From: an uncultured Saprospiraceae bacterium
Lineage (GTDB): Bacteria; Bacteroidota; Bacteroidia; Chitinophagales; Saprospiraceae
DNA length: 64,000 bases
Direction: 5' to 3'
Assembly: GCA_937981555.1 (NCBI GenBank)
Contig: CALJOK010000024.1
Coordinates: 3,936-67,935, forward strand
Within the stretch, counting starts at the first letter, position 1. Each line of letters starts with the position of its first letter. Made by a program: the position numbers and the translations under genes. The notes under the pieces are model-generated. The model saw nothing but the letters and a program-made list of their open reading frames with translations, did not search any database and was not told the origin of the DNA. Below are positions 27,407 through 37,775 of the stretch, one piece after another.

Positions 27407-28198
27407 ATGACCAACTTAGAAATTCCCAATTTGTTTTCTGTTAAAGGGAAAACGGTATTAATTACTGGTGGCTCAAGAGGTATCGGACTAATGATGGCTT
27501 CTACCTTCGTTAAAAATGGAGCTAAAGTTTACATCTCTTCTAGAAATGCTGAAGTTTGTGGATCCGTTGAGGCAGAATTAAATAAAATTGGAGAATGCGT
27601 TGCCGTTCCTGCTGATTTATCAACTCACGAAGGATTAGAAACTTTGGTTAGCACGATCAATTCCAAAGAAGACTCCTTGGATGTATTAATTAATAATGCA
27701 GGAGCTAACTGGAGCGCACCTTTCGATCAGTATCCAGAGAAAGGTTATGATAAGGTGATGGGCATCAATGTAAAACCTATCTTTTTCCTAACTCAGGCAC
27801 TTTTACCACTTTTGGAAAAAGCAGCTAGTCATGAAAATCCAGCAAGAATTATTAATGTTGGATCAATTGACGGAATCAGAGTTTCTACGATTGATAACTC
27901 TGCGTACGGAATGAGTAAAGCCGCAGTTCATCATATGACAAAGATAATTTCTGTAAAAATGGCGGGTAAAAGTATTACCGTTAATGCCATCGCACCTGGA
28001 CCATTTCCAAGCAAAATGACTAAAGGTATGCTTGAAGAAGCACAACAAATGGTAGAACAAGCGAATCCTATGCGCCGAATTGGAAAACCAGAAGATATGG
28101 GTGGAATTGCTGTTTTTCTTGCTTCGGATGCTGGCTCTTACGTAAATGGTGCAATCATTCCTGTTGATGGTGGCCAACATTTGATCGCAGCTTTATAG
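27407..28198 (+). CDS. SDR family oxidoreductase
   Basis: 263 aa with ITGGSRGIG, NNAG and YGMSKAA motifs. Confidence 0.9.
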   Translation: MTNLEIPNLFSVKGKTVLITGGSRGIGLMMASTFVKNGAKVYISSRNAEVCGSVEAELNKIGECVAVPADLSTHEGLETLVSTINSKEDSLDVLINNAGANWSAPFDQYPEKGYDKVMGINVKPIFFLTQALLPLLEKAASHENPARIINVGSIDGIRVSTIDNSAYGMSKAAVHHMTKIISVKMAGKSITVNAIAPGPFPSKMTKGMLEEAQQMVEQANPMRRIGKPEDMGGIAVFLASDAGSYVNGAIIPVDGGQHLIAAL

Positions 28199-28333
28199 GT
28201 AGAAGAATATTTTTAATATATATATATCCTTACTCTGTTAAATTAAAATTGCCAAGGAAGAATTAAACCTCATAATCCTTGACCAATTCTATTTCTAGCT
28301 AAACACTCTTAAAAAAATTCCATTTTTTTATTT

Positions 28334-28350
28334 TGTAAATGTATTGTTAT
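28334..28350 (+). repeat. Copy of the 17-mer TGTAAATGTATTGTTAT
   Basis: Read directly; lies 35 nt upstream of the ATG at 28385. Confidence 0.7.
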
Positions 28351-28384
28351 ATTAACCAATTAATTATTTCATCAACCCATCATA

Positions 28385-29536
28385 ATGAAACTAACTTACA
28401 TTTTTTTTGCGTTTTCTTTTTTAATATTGGTATCCCTTCAAAGTTGCGAAATGGTAGGAGGAGCGATAGTTCCCACTATACTTAAAGATCAGATTAGTTA
28501 TCCGAGTTCAACTGATTTCCATATTTTCATTGCCTCAGACCATTTAAAATATATGGCAAGAGTAGATACCTCTTCTGCAGATTCCATCGATTTTATCTAT
28601 TTGACAAATGATACAGGTTCTACTCAAGATGTAACTACGGGGGAACTTTTACTACAGCGAAAACCCATTTCAAAAACAAGAGTGGCTAAATCAGATTTAC
28701 TATTTTCTTACTATAACAGAAACCGCGAAGAACAAGTTACGGGTAGAATTTTTCTTCCAACCATCAACGCTAATCAACCACTTAATCTTTACAAAGTAGA
28801 TCGTTACTCGAATGTTGAGAAACTAAAAATTCATATCAAGGATACTTTAGTTGAAAATGCTGTCAAAGATGTTGTTACTCAATTTACCAATTCAATTTCT
28901 ATTGACAATGCTCTTGCTCTGATGGATACAGCTTCTGTTAATTACTTAAATACTATTTTTAAAACTGCCATTCTAGATGATCCCATGGCACATAAAAGGT
29001 TTATCGAAAATGCTGAATTCCCAGAAGCGGAATACAGTATGATTCTAAATACCAAGCACGTATTTTTAAGTAGTTATAAAAAGAAAAAACCGAAACTGAA
29101 TAAAAAAGTATTCAACCAATTTGCTTTATTCTACACCTTGATAAATCCTGGATTATGGTCTATTGATTTTAATGGAAAAAAAGTTAGAGTGGAATCTGTT
29201 ACCCTAACTAGCGCAACGACAGCTGAAGCATATTTAGAAGCTAACTCATCTATCATCGGCACTAAGCAATTTAATTTTCAGAAAGATGTAACGCCTACTG
29301 AATATCCTATTAAGTTTCTAGTTCATTTTAATTTAGAGGATGGAAAATGGAAAATAAATATTCCTAGTACCTATTCTTATTTACATCGACAGTTAAGAAG
29401 GATCAGCCATAATCCTCAACAAAATTGGGATAAACAAACGGGTACTAAAGGAGAAAAAAGTTATAGAGCAATGATTAGAAATGAAATTATCTCTTCTCAT
29501 CCTGAAGTGAAAATAGATGAACAATTGATTTACTAA
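28385..29536 (+). CDS. Hypothetical lipoprotein
   Basis: 383-aa ORF with a signal peptide ending in the lipobox-like LQSC. Confidence 0.75.
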   Translation: MKLTYIFFAFSFLILVSLQSCEMVGGAIVPTILKDQISYPSSTDFHIFIASDHLKYMARVDTSSADSIDFIYLTNDTGSTQDVTTGELLLQRKPISKTRVAKSDLLFSYYNRNREEQVTGRIFLPTINANQPLNLYKVDRYSNVEKLKIHIKDTLVENAVKDVVTQFTNSISIDNALALMDTASVNYLNTIFKTAILDDPMAHKRFIENAEFPEAEYSMILNTKHVFLSSYKKKKPKLNKKVFNQFALFYTLINPGLWSIDFNGKKVRVESVTLTSATTAEAYLEANSSIIGTKQFNFQKDVTPTEYPIKFLVHFNLEDGKWKINIPSTYSYLHRQLRRISHNPQQNWDKQTGTKGEKSYRAMIRNEIISSHPEVKIDEQLIY

Positions 29537-29609
29537 TCAATAAAGAAATAGCTAGGAATAGTTTAGACAAAACCTACTTGATATTCTTTTAGGAAAAAAT
29601 AAAATTACG

Positions 29610-29647
29610 AAGAGGTTTGTAAATTGATTTAGATTTACAAACCTCTT
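29610..29647. terminator. Stem-loop between convergent genes
   Basis: AAGAGGTTTGTAAAT (29610-29624) pairs perfectly with ATTTACAAACCTCTT (29633-29647). The right arm overlaps the stop codon of the minus-strand gene. Confidence 0.6.
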
Positions 29648-30362
29648 AACCTCGAAATAATGAATACGACTTCTTAAAATTATAACCAATTTGTATTTCA
29701 AAAAAGAGATTATTATTACCACCTGTATAGGATAGATTTTTTGGATTGACTCTTGAATCTAGTTGATCAACAAAAAAATTCAATCCAAATTTAGCAGAAA
29801 TAAATGTTTTCTCATTGATCAAATGATCCATTCCTATCCCAAAGCGATATCCCTTTTTATTGTCTACTCCGTTAACCGCAACCGTGCTATTCGAGAAAAA
29901 ATTTGATGTATTCGTAGAAACTGATTCGCCAATAGTCTCCATTGGACTCTTAAGTTGAATGCCTGCTCCAACAAAAAATAAATATTCTTTTTTGGGAAAA
30001 GCCTTTTGTAAAAAAGAGGGATAGTATTTAATAAATAAATCCAGCGTAAGAGATTCTTCCTGATATTTTCGAACTCTAGTTGAAGTAAAATTAAAACTAC
30101 TTGTTCTTACTTGGTTAACTAATTGATCATAAATATTCCTTTGCCCAAAAGTAACTCCAGCAGCCACAGAAAAATCTTTAATGCTAAATTGTTGAAAAAC
30201 GCCATAAGTAATTCCCACAGGATTGGTCTCTGTATTTGGATATAAATATTCACCACCTGCATTTATTCCAATAACCCAATGAACAGGATTTTGGGGTTGA
30301 GCAAATATGGAAGAATATAAATTGATAAATATTAATAAGAGAATTGGTCGGATCATTTTCAA
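29646..30362 (-). CDS. Outer-membrane beta-barrel protein (porin-like)
   Basis: 238 aa with a signal peptide, alternating hydrophobic strands and an aromatic-rich C-terminus. Confidence 0.65.
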   Translation of the reverse strand: MKMIRPILLLIFINLYSSIFAQPQNPVHWVIGINAGGEYLYPNTETNPVGITYGVFQQFSIKDFSVAAGVTFGQRNIYDQLVNQVRTSSFNFTSTRVRKYQEESLTLDLFIKYYPSFLQKAFPKKEYLFFVGAGIQLKSPMETIGESVSTNTSNFFSNSTVAVNGVDNKKGYRFGIGMDHLINEKTFISAKFGLNFFVDQLDSRVNPKNLSYTGGNNNLFFEIQIGYNFKKSYSLFRG

Positions 30363-30488
30363 AGCATTTTTTTGGAGAAAGTTAAAGTTAGAATAAAAGC
30401 ATCAATAGATCAAAATCAGTTAATTCTTTTATGCTGTTAGTATTAAAAAAATCATATTTTCATAGATTCAAAACACAAAACGAAATTC

Positions 30489-31553
30489 ATGAAAAATTTC
30501 TTAAAGATCCTTTTCCTTATTTTTGTAATTATATTGTTATACTTTTTAGCTTGGCCAGTTGACATAGAGCCAGTCGCATATACTCCCCCACCCAACCCAG
30601 GACTAAAAGGAGTTTTTGAAAAAAACGATCAACTCAAGTCCACTAAAAAATTACTTGTAGGAAAAGGCATCGGTCCAGAGGGAATTGCCATCAGCGCAGA
30701 TAGTTTTTTATATACAGGATATGCTGACGGACGGATTGTAAAGTTTTCCATGGACGGAAATCAAGTTTCTGAATTTGCCAAAACAGACGGTCGACCACTA
30801 GGTATGCAATTTGACTCTAGTGGAAATTTAATCGTAGCAGATGAATACTTAGGGTTGCTTTCCATCAATCCACAAGGAAAAGTGGAAGTACTAACTGATC
30901 AAGTCGATGGAACAAAAATATTTTTCGCAGATGATTTAGATATTGCCTCCGATGGTGTAATTTATTTTACCGATGCTTCTCAACGAAATCATAATATTGA
31001 AAAAGAAATTTGGGAACTCCAACCAACTGGTAGATTAATCAGTTACAATCCTTCCACCAAAGAAACGAAAGTAGAATTGCCTAGTTTACTTTTTGCAAAT
31101 GGTGTCGCCTTTTCACCTGATGGAGATTATCTTTTGGTCAATGAAACGATGGGAATGGTCATCAATAAATTCTGGCTAAAAGGGACAAAAAAAGGGACGA
31201 AAGAAATTTTTGTCAAAGAGCTTCCAGGTTATCCCGACAACATCACTTTTAGCAAGGGTATCTTTTGGTTGGCGATGCCTACCATTCGAGATAATCAACA
31301 ATTCGAAGATATGTACGAAAAACCATTTGTCCGAAAAATCGTCAAACGACTTCCAGCCTCTATGCTGAAAATCGAAGAAGCGCCACCTCATGGAATAATC
31401 ATTGGAATTGATTTAGCAGGAAATATCGTCCATAATTTTCAAGATACAACTGGCGAATTTCATCACCTCACGAGTGCAATTGAATTTGATGGGAAATTAT
31501 ATTTAGGGAGTTTGGAAATGGATGCAGCAGGTGTTTTTAATTTGAACCAGTAG
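30489..31553 (+). CDS. Strictosidine synthase-like / SMP-30-gluconolactonase-type beta-propeller protein with N-terminal anchor
   Basis: 354 aa with GRPLGMQFDSSGNLIVAD, VIYFTDAS and FANGVAFSPDGDYLLVNET motifs. Confidence 0.8.
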   Translation: MKNFLKILFLIFVIILLYFLAWPVDIEPVAYTPPPNPGLKGVFEKNDQLKSTKKLLVGKGIGPEGIAISADSFLYTGYADGRIVKFSMDGNQVSEFAKTDGRPLGMQFDSSGNLIVADEYLGLLSINPQGKVEVLTDQVDGTKIFFADDLDIASDGVIYFTDASQRNHNIEKEIWELQPTGRLISYNPSTKETKVELPSLLFANGVAFSPDGDYLLVNETMGMVINKFWLKGTKKGTKEIFVKELPGYPDNITFSKGIFWLAMPTIRDNQQFEDMYEKPFVRKIVKRLPASMLKIEEAPPHGIIIGIDLAGNIVHNFQDTTGEFHHLTSAIEFDGKLYLGSLEMDAAGVFNLNQ

Positions 31554-31660
31554 AAGCAGACCATAACGTTATTATCTGCAAGTATAAAAAACTTAAACAT
31601 CTTTAATTAAATTCACCAATAAATTAAAGACATTGCTTCACCAAATAAAAATGAAAAATC

Positions 31661-32032
31661 ATGAAATTAGGAATATTTTCAGCCAGTCTAGCAGTCAAAG
31701 ATATTCATGCCTCTAAAGAATTTTATGAATACATAGGTTTCTCTGTTTTCGCAGGAGATCTTGAAAAAAACTATCTCATCATGAAAAATGAAAAAACCTT
31801 GATTGGTTTGTTTCAAGGGATGTTTGAAAATAATATACTCACTTTCAATCCTGGTTGGGATGAAAATGCTCAACCCCTAGATTCCTACAATGATGTCCGA
31901 GAAATTCAAAAGCACCTCAAAATCAAAGGCATCAAACTAGAAACGGAAGCGGATGAAACTACTACTGGTCCAGCAAGTTTTGTCGTGATGGATCCTGATG
32001 GAAATACAATATTAATAGATCAACATATTTAA
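31661..32032 (+). CDS. VOC (glyoxalase/bleomycin-resistance) family protein
   Basis: 123 aa with a beta-alpha-beta-beta-beta-type pattern, ending in DPDGNTILIDQ. Confidence 0.8.
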   Translation: MKLGIFSASLAVKDIHASKEFYEYIGFSVFAGDLEKNYLIMKNEKTLIGLFQGMFENNILTFNPGWDENAQPLDSYNDVREIQKHLKIKGIKLETEADETTTGPASFVVMDPDGNTILIDQHI

Positions 32033-32049
32033 AAAACAATAAATAACTA

Positions 32050-32790
32050 ATGAAAAAATTAGAAGGACAAGTAGCCATTATCACAGGCGGTGCTCGAGGA
32101 ATCGGAGCAGGAATTTGTAAAGTATTTTGTGAAGCAGGTGCAACTGTTGCCTTGTGGGATGTTTTGGATGGACAAGAAACAGTCGATGAACTTACCAAGG
32201 AAGGGCACAATATTTTTTACCAAAAAGTAGATATTACCTCCAAAGAATCGGTGGACACCGCTGTTGCAGAAATTAAAGAAAAACATGGTCATATCGAAAT
32301 TCTCATCAACAATGCAGGAATTATCAAAGATCGTTCATTTATGAAAATGTCTGACGATGAATGGAATGCAGTAATGAATGTCAACGTCAATGGACTTTAT
32401 GTTACTTGCAAGTCAGTCATCCCTCATATGATCGAGGGAGGTTATGGACGAATCGTTTGTGCATCTTCTATCAACTCTGTTGCAGGAGCATTTGGGCAAA
32501 CTAATTACTCTGCTTCAAAAGCTGCTACCTCTGGTTTCGTTCGTTCACTTTGCAAAGAAGTTGGAAAATATGGGATCACCGTAAATGCTGTAGCACCAGG
32601 TTTTATCAAAACGGCCATGACGGATTCTATGCCTGAAGCAGTCGTTGCTGCTGGTATCGCTCAAATTCCTGTTAGACGAATTGGAACACCTGAAGATATG
32701 GGGCATTGCTACTTATTTTTAGCTTCAAAAGAAGCTGGATTTGTTAGTGGAATTACACTTCATGCCAATGGTGGATCACTTCCACTTTAA
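32050..32790 (+). CDS. SDR, 3-oxoacyl-ACP reductase (FabG)-like
   Basis: 246 aa with ITGGARGIG, NNAG and YSASKAA motifs. Confidence 0.9.
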   Translation: MKKLEGQVAIITGGARGIGAGICKVFCEAGATVALWDVLDGQETVDELTKEGHNIFYQKVDITSKESVDTAVAEIKEKHGHIEILINNAGIIKDRSFMKMSDDEWNAVMNVNVNGLYVTCKSVIPHMIEGGYGRIVCASSINSVAGAFGQTNYSASKAATSGFVRSLCKEVGKYGITVNAVAPGFIKTAMTDSMPEAVVAAGIAQIPVRRIGTPEDMGHCYLFLASKEAGFVSGITLHANGGSLPL

Positions 32791-32795
32791 GGTAA

Positions 32796-32828
32796 AAGTA
32801 TCGGATACTCTAATGGTATCCGATACTT
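32796..32828. other. 13-bp perfect stem-loop without a U-tract
   Basis: AAGTATCGGATAC (32796-32808) pairs with GTATCCGATACTT (32816-32828) around a 7-nt loop. Confidence 0.5.
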
Positions 32829-32851
32829 AAACATTCAGATATTAAACGAAA

Positions 32852-33715
32852 ATGGAAACACAAGAGGAACTCCTCAAAGTAAAAACAGAAGGCAAAGAAT
32901 ACATTGCCCTCTGGAAAATCTCTTCTCCAAAAAGTGAAGGAGCTAAGAATATCTTCCTTAATCACGGCACATTTTCCGACCGAAGAATTTGCCTAAGCAT
33001 CTCCCAATATTTAGCAACAAAAGGATATAATTGCTGGATCATGGAATGGCGAAATCATGGCCATAGTTCTCCTTCCAATAAAAAAATCAACTTCGAAAAT
33101 ATCGGAACTGATGATTATCTTATCGTTTTTAAATATTTATTTAACACCCTTAAAGTCAGCAATTTAGATTGTGTCATGCATAGTGGAGGTGGAATCTGTC
33201 TTTCCATATTTCTAGCAGCCAATCCTAAATATATTTCAAAATTTAATCGGATTGTTTTCTTTGGAAGTCAAGCATATGGCGCAGCTTATAATTATAAAAA
33301 TTATGCAAAAACTTTGATTGGGAAATATGTAAGTGCATTGTTAGGATACTCACCAGCAAAGATGTTTGGCAGACCTCATAATGAAGATCACTTTTTCATG
33401 AAACAATGGTATGATTGGAATTTGACAAAAAAATTTATCGGAATGAATGGAGTAGATTATGAAAAAGAATTACCCAAAATTGATATTCCAATTCTTTCCA
33501 TTTGTGGAAAAGGAGATGATTACATTGCTCCGAAAGAAGGCTGCGAATTATTCCTAAATGCATTTCAAAATTCAAAAAACAAATTGCTTTTTTGTTCTAT
33601 CGAAAATGGTTTTAAAGAGGATTACAACCACAGTCGACTTTTACAATCAAGGAATTCTAGTGCAGAAATTTGGCCATTAGTGGCTGATTGGTTAAATAAA
33701 AAACAATCTCATTAA
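32852..33715 (+). CDS. Alpha/beta hydrolase family protein
   Basis: 287 aa with the nucleophile elbow-like HSGGG and an HG motif near the N-terminus (LNHGTFSD). Confidence 0.7.
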   Translation: METQEELLKVKTEGKEYIALWKISSPKSEGAKNIFLNHGTFSDRRICLSISQYLATKGYNCWIMEWRNHGHSSPSNKKINFENIGTDDYLIVFKYLFNTLKVSNLDCVMHSGGGICLSIFLAANPKYISKFNRIVFFGSQAYGAAYNYKNYAKTLIGKYVSALLGYSPAKMFGRPHNEDHFFMKQWYDWNLTKKFIGMNGVDYEKELPKIDIPILSICGKGDDYIAPKEGCELFLNAFQNSKNKLLFCSIENGFKEDYNHSRLLQSRNSSAEIWPLVADWLNKKQSH

Positions 33716-33718
33716 AGA

Positions 33719-33735
33719 TGTAAATGTATTGTTAT
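33719..33735 (+). repeat. Copy of the 17-mer TGTAAATGTATTGTTAT
   Basis: Read directly, between two convergent stop codons (33715 and 33740). The 19-mer GATGTAAATGTATTGTTAT is shared with the 19660-19678 copy. Confidence 0.7.
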
Positions 33736-33739
33736 AAAA

Positions 33740-34411
33740 TCATCTTCTGATTTTTATTTCTCTAAAAATCATATTCTTCAACTTATTAAAAAGTTTCCCC
33801 AACTCTCCTATCAACCAACCTAATGTATAAGAAGTATAATAACTTGAAACTGTCACAATCCCAGTTATAATAATTCCATACATAAAAAATTTAGGTCGCA
33901 ACCCCATAAAGAATTTAGGTTGCGAGTGTTTTGCCCAAATATCAATTCCATTCAAAGTTGAATATATAAACAAGATAAAAACACAAAAAATTCCTGACAT
34001 AATTGCCAAAACCTCAGGAGAGTATTTTAAAGTATTTTTAATTCTAAAATTTTCAGGCACCTGTCCTAAGCGATTGTTTCTATGACGAACTAACACTTTT
34101 GGTTTTCTAGAAACGATATAAATGGTAGAACCCGATAACAATTCTTTTTCATTAAAATTATCTTCCTCCAAACTTGTACAAAACATATTCCTCTGAGGTA
34201 TTTTTCCAGCTTCCCATTGAAAGGTTTTTTTACTTTCCACCCAACCCATTTTTCCATCGGGCAAAATAATTTTACTCCAGGTCTTTCCATTTCTTCTTGT
34301 TTCATCCATTCGAGCAAAAAAATCCATTTCCTTGACTTGAGTCAAAATAGTCGATTCATCATTCGCATCTTCAAAAACTGGAAGGTTTTCTAAAACACTT
34401 ATCGTTTTCAT
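33740..34411 (-). CDS. Hypothetical membrane protein (soluble N-terminal domain plus 2-3 TM helices)
   Basis: 223-aa ORF with hydrophobic segments AIMSGIFCVFILFIYS and YGIIITGIVTVSSYY. Confidence 0.65.
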   Translation of the reverse strand: MKTISVLENLPVFEDANDESTILTQVKEMDFFARMDETRRNGKTWSKIILPDGKMGWVESKKTFQWEAGKIPQRNMFCTSLEEDNFNEKELLSGSTIYIVSRKPKVLVRHRNNRLGQVPENFRIKNTLKYSPEVLAIMSGIFCVFILFIYSTLNGIDIWAKHSQPKFFMGLRPKFFMYGIIITGIVTVSSYYTSYTLGWLIGELGKLFNKLKNMIFREIKIRR

Positions 34412-34527
34412 TTAAAGTTTTTTCAAAAGGTTTAATTATAAAATCTCTAATACTTTAATATGAATAGATTTGGAAAAAGTAAATACCTAAAAATTAGAGT
34501 TTGATTATTTTACAAAAAAATTATAAA

Positions 34528-35142
34528 TCACATTTTATCCAACAAGCTCTCAAACTCAACCTTCATTTCCAATAATGATTTAATATCCTCCTCCTGCGTT
34601 TCATCAACAAATGAAATAAACTCAATCGAATCTACAAAATCTATTCTGTCTGCCTCTCCGATAATACTATCCACTACAAAATCCGATGCCGATTTTTTGT
34701 CATCCTCATCAAAAGAATCAATATTTTCAGCGTACAATAAAATTCGAAGTTTAAACTCAGGCGTCATCCGAAATAAGTATTCCCACTCAGCGGTGTCAAC
34801 TGTTTGCTTAACCATAAATGCATCATACATTTCCATAATGAAATCCCAATCTCTAACAGGCTTAGCTGCAAAGAATTCCCAGTATACTGAGTCCGGTGCT
34901 TCTCCAATAATCGCTTGAGAAAGACGTAACAATTTTGAATTTCCATTGGGAGAAATGGTCAATGTATGTGGCTTGCTTTTCCCCTCTCCTATCTCCCAAG
35001 CAAAAGCACCAAATTGCAAAATTTGATTATCCAACATTTCCCGAACGGCATGTGGATCTTGAATAATTCTGAATCTTTCCTCATGCTCAGCGAACCAATT
35101 CCAGAAGTCGTTAATCTTATTTTTAAATTGAACCGAAGTCAT
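34528..35142 (-). CDS. Hypothetical cytoplasmic protein with an acidic C-terminus
   Basis: 204-aa ORF; no motif recognised. Confidence 0.6.
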   Translation of the reverse strand: MTSVQFKNKINDFWNWFAEHEERFRIIQDPHAVREMLDNQILQFGAFAWEIGEGKSKPHTLTISPNGNSKLLRLSQAIIGEAPDSVYWEFFAAKPVRDWDFIMEMYDAFMVKQTVDTAEWEYLFRMTPEFKLRILLYAENIDSFDEDDKKSASDFVVDSIIGEADRIDFVDSIEFISFVDETQEEDIKSLLEMKVEFESLLDKM

Positions 35143-35284
35143 TATTTTAATTTTTTGTAAAAAAAACTAATTTTTTCAAATTGTCCTATTCCTATCTAGC
35201 AAAGTTCTCACATTCTAATCGGAGTTTAGTATTTTTGGTCATAAAATTTCAAATTAACTGTTTTCAAAACAAAATCTTCCCCAT

Positions 35285-36292
35285 ATGAAAAATCTAATTT
35301 TATTTTATTTTTTTCTTTCCTTTTCATTTAATATTTTTAGTCAAGATAGTATTACCTGTGAAGTTGGAGCAGCTGGCGCAACATGCGTCGATGGTATTGC
35401 TCAATGGGGAGGTATTCAATTGCTCAATAAAATCATTCCTGGAAAAGGTGGCGTAAATGCTCAAGCATGGATCTGCCTTAATCCACATATCAACTTAGAT
35501 AATGCCATGACTCAAATGGATGACGGTCTCTCTCCTCAAGAAATTATTGATTGGTTAGTGGCGAATGATGCGTGTAATTCTCAAAATTTCAATCCTGAAT
35601 ATCGACAATACGGAGTAGCAGATTTTGATGCCAACGGTAGTCCTCGGACTGCAGCTTTTACAGGTAGTAATGCAGATGATTATAAAGGTCATCGACTAGG
35701 TGCTGACTATGCCATCCAAGGAAATATTTTGCTCGGAGCTGAAGTTTTGGATGGATTAGAAAATGGATTCAATAATACTTCTGGATCGCTTGCTCAAAAA
35801 CTGATGGGTGCCATGCAAGGTGCCAATATGCCTGGAGCGGACCAACGATGTTTGGCTCGTGGGACTTCCTCAACTTCTGCTTTTTTGAGAGTTTATAAAC
35901 CTACCGATGATGTGAATGATCCATATTTGGAGTTGAGTATTTTGGAAATGCCGTTTGGAGAAGAACCAATTGATTCTCTCCAAAATTTATTTACCACTTG
36001 GGAAAATACTACTTCGGTTGAATCGGTTTTTGGAAATACTAAAATCAAAATTAACTTATTTCCAAATCCCGTAAATGAATTGTTACAAGTTTCCATAAAA
36101 AGTGATGCTGACCTTGTTTTATCCTTATCCATTTTTAATGCTACGGGTAAAAACATGATGGAAAAGAGTATTTCATTTTCAAAAAATTGGGATGATAAAA
36201 TTGAAGTAAAAGGTTTTCCACATGGACTTTATTATTTGAAAATAGAATCCAAAGACAGTAGTTCAAAAACCTTAAAGTTTATAAAAAATTAA
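35285..36292 (+). CDS. DUF1028-like (Ntn-hydrolase fold) protein with a T9SS C-terminal sorting domain
   Basis: 335 aa with a signal peptide. QGNILLGAEVLDGLENGF...LAQKLMGAMQGANMPGADQRC resembles DUF1028. The tail is LFPNPVNELLQVSI...GLYYLKIES. Confidence 0.7.
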   Translation: MKNLILFYFFLSFSFNIFSQDSITCEVGAAGATCVDGIAQWGGIQLLNKIIPGKGGVNAQAWICLNPHINLDNAMTQMDDGLSPQEIIDWLVANDACNSQNFNPEYRQYGVADFDANGSPRTAAFTGSNADDYKGHRLGADYAIQGNILLGAEVLDGLENGFNNTSGSLAQKLMGAMQGANMPGADQRCLARGTSSTSAFLRVYKPTDDVNDPYLELSILEMPFGEEPIDSLQNLFTTWENTTSVESVFGNTKIKINLFPNPVNELLQVSIKSDADLVLSLSIFNATGKNMMEKSISFSKNWDDKIEVKGFPHGLYYLKIESKDSSSKTLKFIKN

Positions 36293-36355
36293 TTCGTAAT
36301 TGACTAACTATCTGCACATAACAATATAAATACATTAAAAAATTCAATCTTAAAG

Positions 36356-37297
36356 ATGAACTATACCAAAGAAGATTTACTGACCTGTCATGAAAAAATA
36401 AAACCCTACATTCATCGAACACCGGTGCTTACTTCACAAGCTTTAAATGAAATGTCTGGAGCAGAGATTTTTTTTAAATGTGAAAATTTTCAACGTATGG
36501 GCGCATTCAAAATGCGAGGTGCAGCTCATGCTATTTTGAATTTATCCAATGAACAAAAGAGGAATGGAGTCGTCACTCATTCTTCCGGAAATTTTGCGCA
36601 AGCCGTTTCTCTTAGCGCAAAAATGCAAGGGATCAAAGCTTACATCGTCATGCCGTCTAATGCACCTCAAGTTAAAAAAGATGCGGTGCGAGGCTATGGT
36701 GGAATCATAACTGAGTGCGAACCAAATATTGATGTTCGACAAGCTACTACTGATAAAATTTCTGAAGAAACTGGCGCCTCTAAATTGCATCCTTCTAATC
36801 AAGTCGATGTGATTTTAGGTCAAGGAACTGCCGCCATGGAATTGCTGGAAGATCATCCAGATTTAAATGTAATTATGACTCCAATTGGTGGTGGTGGACT
36901 TGTTGCAGGAACTGCTTTAGCGGCTCATTTTTTTGGAAAAAATTGTAAAACGATTGGTGGTGAACCCTTTGAAGCTGATGATGCTTATCGATCGCTTTTA
37001 AGTGGAAAAATTGAATCTAACGAGACTGCCAATACTGTCGCTGATGGATTGCGAACTGTTTTGGGGAATCATAATTTTCCAATTATTCAACAACATGTTG
37101 ATGAAATAATTCGAGTGAAAGAAGATGAAATAATTGCTGCGATGCGATTGATTTGGGAACGCATGAAAATAATTATTGAACCTTCTTGTGCCGTTCCATT
37201 TGCTGCTTTACTTCGAGAAAAAGAAAAATTCGCAGGACAAAAAATAGGAATTGTACTTTCTGGAGGTAATGTTGATTTGGGAAATTTGCCATTTTAA
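36356..37297 (+). CDS. PLP-dependent serine/threonine dehydratase (serine racemase-like)
   Basis: 313 aa with PLP-lysine motif GAFKMRGA and glycine loop PIGGGGLVAG. Confidence 0.85.
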   Translation: MNYTKEDLLTCHEKIKPYIHRTPVLTSQALNEMSGAEIFFKCENFQRMGAFKMRGAAHAILNLSNEQKRNGVVTHSSGNFAQAVSLSAKMQGIKAYIVMPSNAPQVKKDAVRGYGGIITECEPNIDVRQATTDKISEETGASKLHPSNQVDVILGQGTAAMELLEDHPDLNVIMTPIGGGGLVAGTALAAHFFGKNCKTIGGEPFEADDAYRSLLSGKIESNETANTVADGLRTVLGNHNFPIIQQHVDEIIRVKEDEIIAAMRLIWERMKIIIEPSCAVPFAALLREKEKFAGQKIGIVLSGGNVDLGNLPF

Positions 37298-37303
37298 GTT
37301 TTC

Positions 37304-37687
37304 CTAAACTTCATACAATTCAATTGGTAAATTATCAGGATCAATAAAAAATGTGAATTTCCGATTGGTGTATTCATCCACCCGAATAGGTTCAGTATTT
37401 ATTCCTTTTTTATTTAATTGATTAACTGCTAATTTAATGCTTTCTACTTCAAAAGCCAGATGCCTCAGTCCCTGAGCTTCTGGCCTTGATATTCTTTTAG
37501 GAGGATTTGGAAAAGAAAAAAGTTCAATAATATAATTTCCATTAAGTGCTAAATCTAATTTGTAAGAATCTCGTTCTTCCCTATAAACTTCTCTAATAAT
37601 TTCTAAACCTAATAATTTGGTATAGAAATTTTTGGAGGTTGAATAGTTAGAACAAATTATTGCAATATGGTGAATTCTTTTAAGCAT
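37304..37687 (-). CDS. VOC family metalloprotein (YaeR/glyoxalase I-like)
   Basis: 127 aa with IHHIAIICSNY...GLRHLAFEV...DPDNLPIELYE. Confidence 0.8.
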   Translation of the reverse strand: MLKRIHHIAIICSNYSTSKNFYTKLLGLEIIREVYREERDSYKLDLALNGNYIIELFSFPNPPKRISRPEAQGLRHLAFEVESIKLAVNQLNKKGINTEPIRVDEYTNRKFTFFIDPDNLPIELYEV

Positions 37688-37732
37688 CGTCTTTTATTAA
37701 ATTTATGACTACAATAATACAGAAGAATATGG

Positions 37733-37771
37733 AAAAAGTGGATTTAGGAAAATTTCTAAATCCACTTTTTT
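37733..37771 (-). terminator. Rho-independent terminator downstream of the glucosaminidase-domain gene
   Basis: AAAAAGTGGATTTAG (37733-37747) pairs with CTAAATCCACTTTTT (37756-37770), with T/A runs on both sides. Confidence 0.7.
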
Positions 37772-37775
37772 CATT

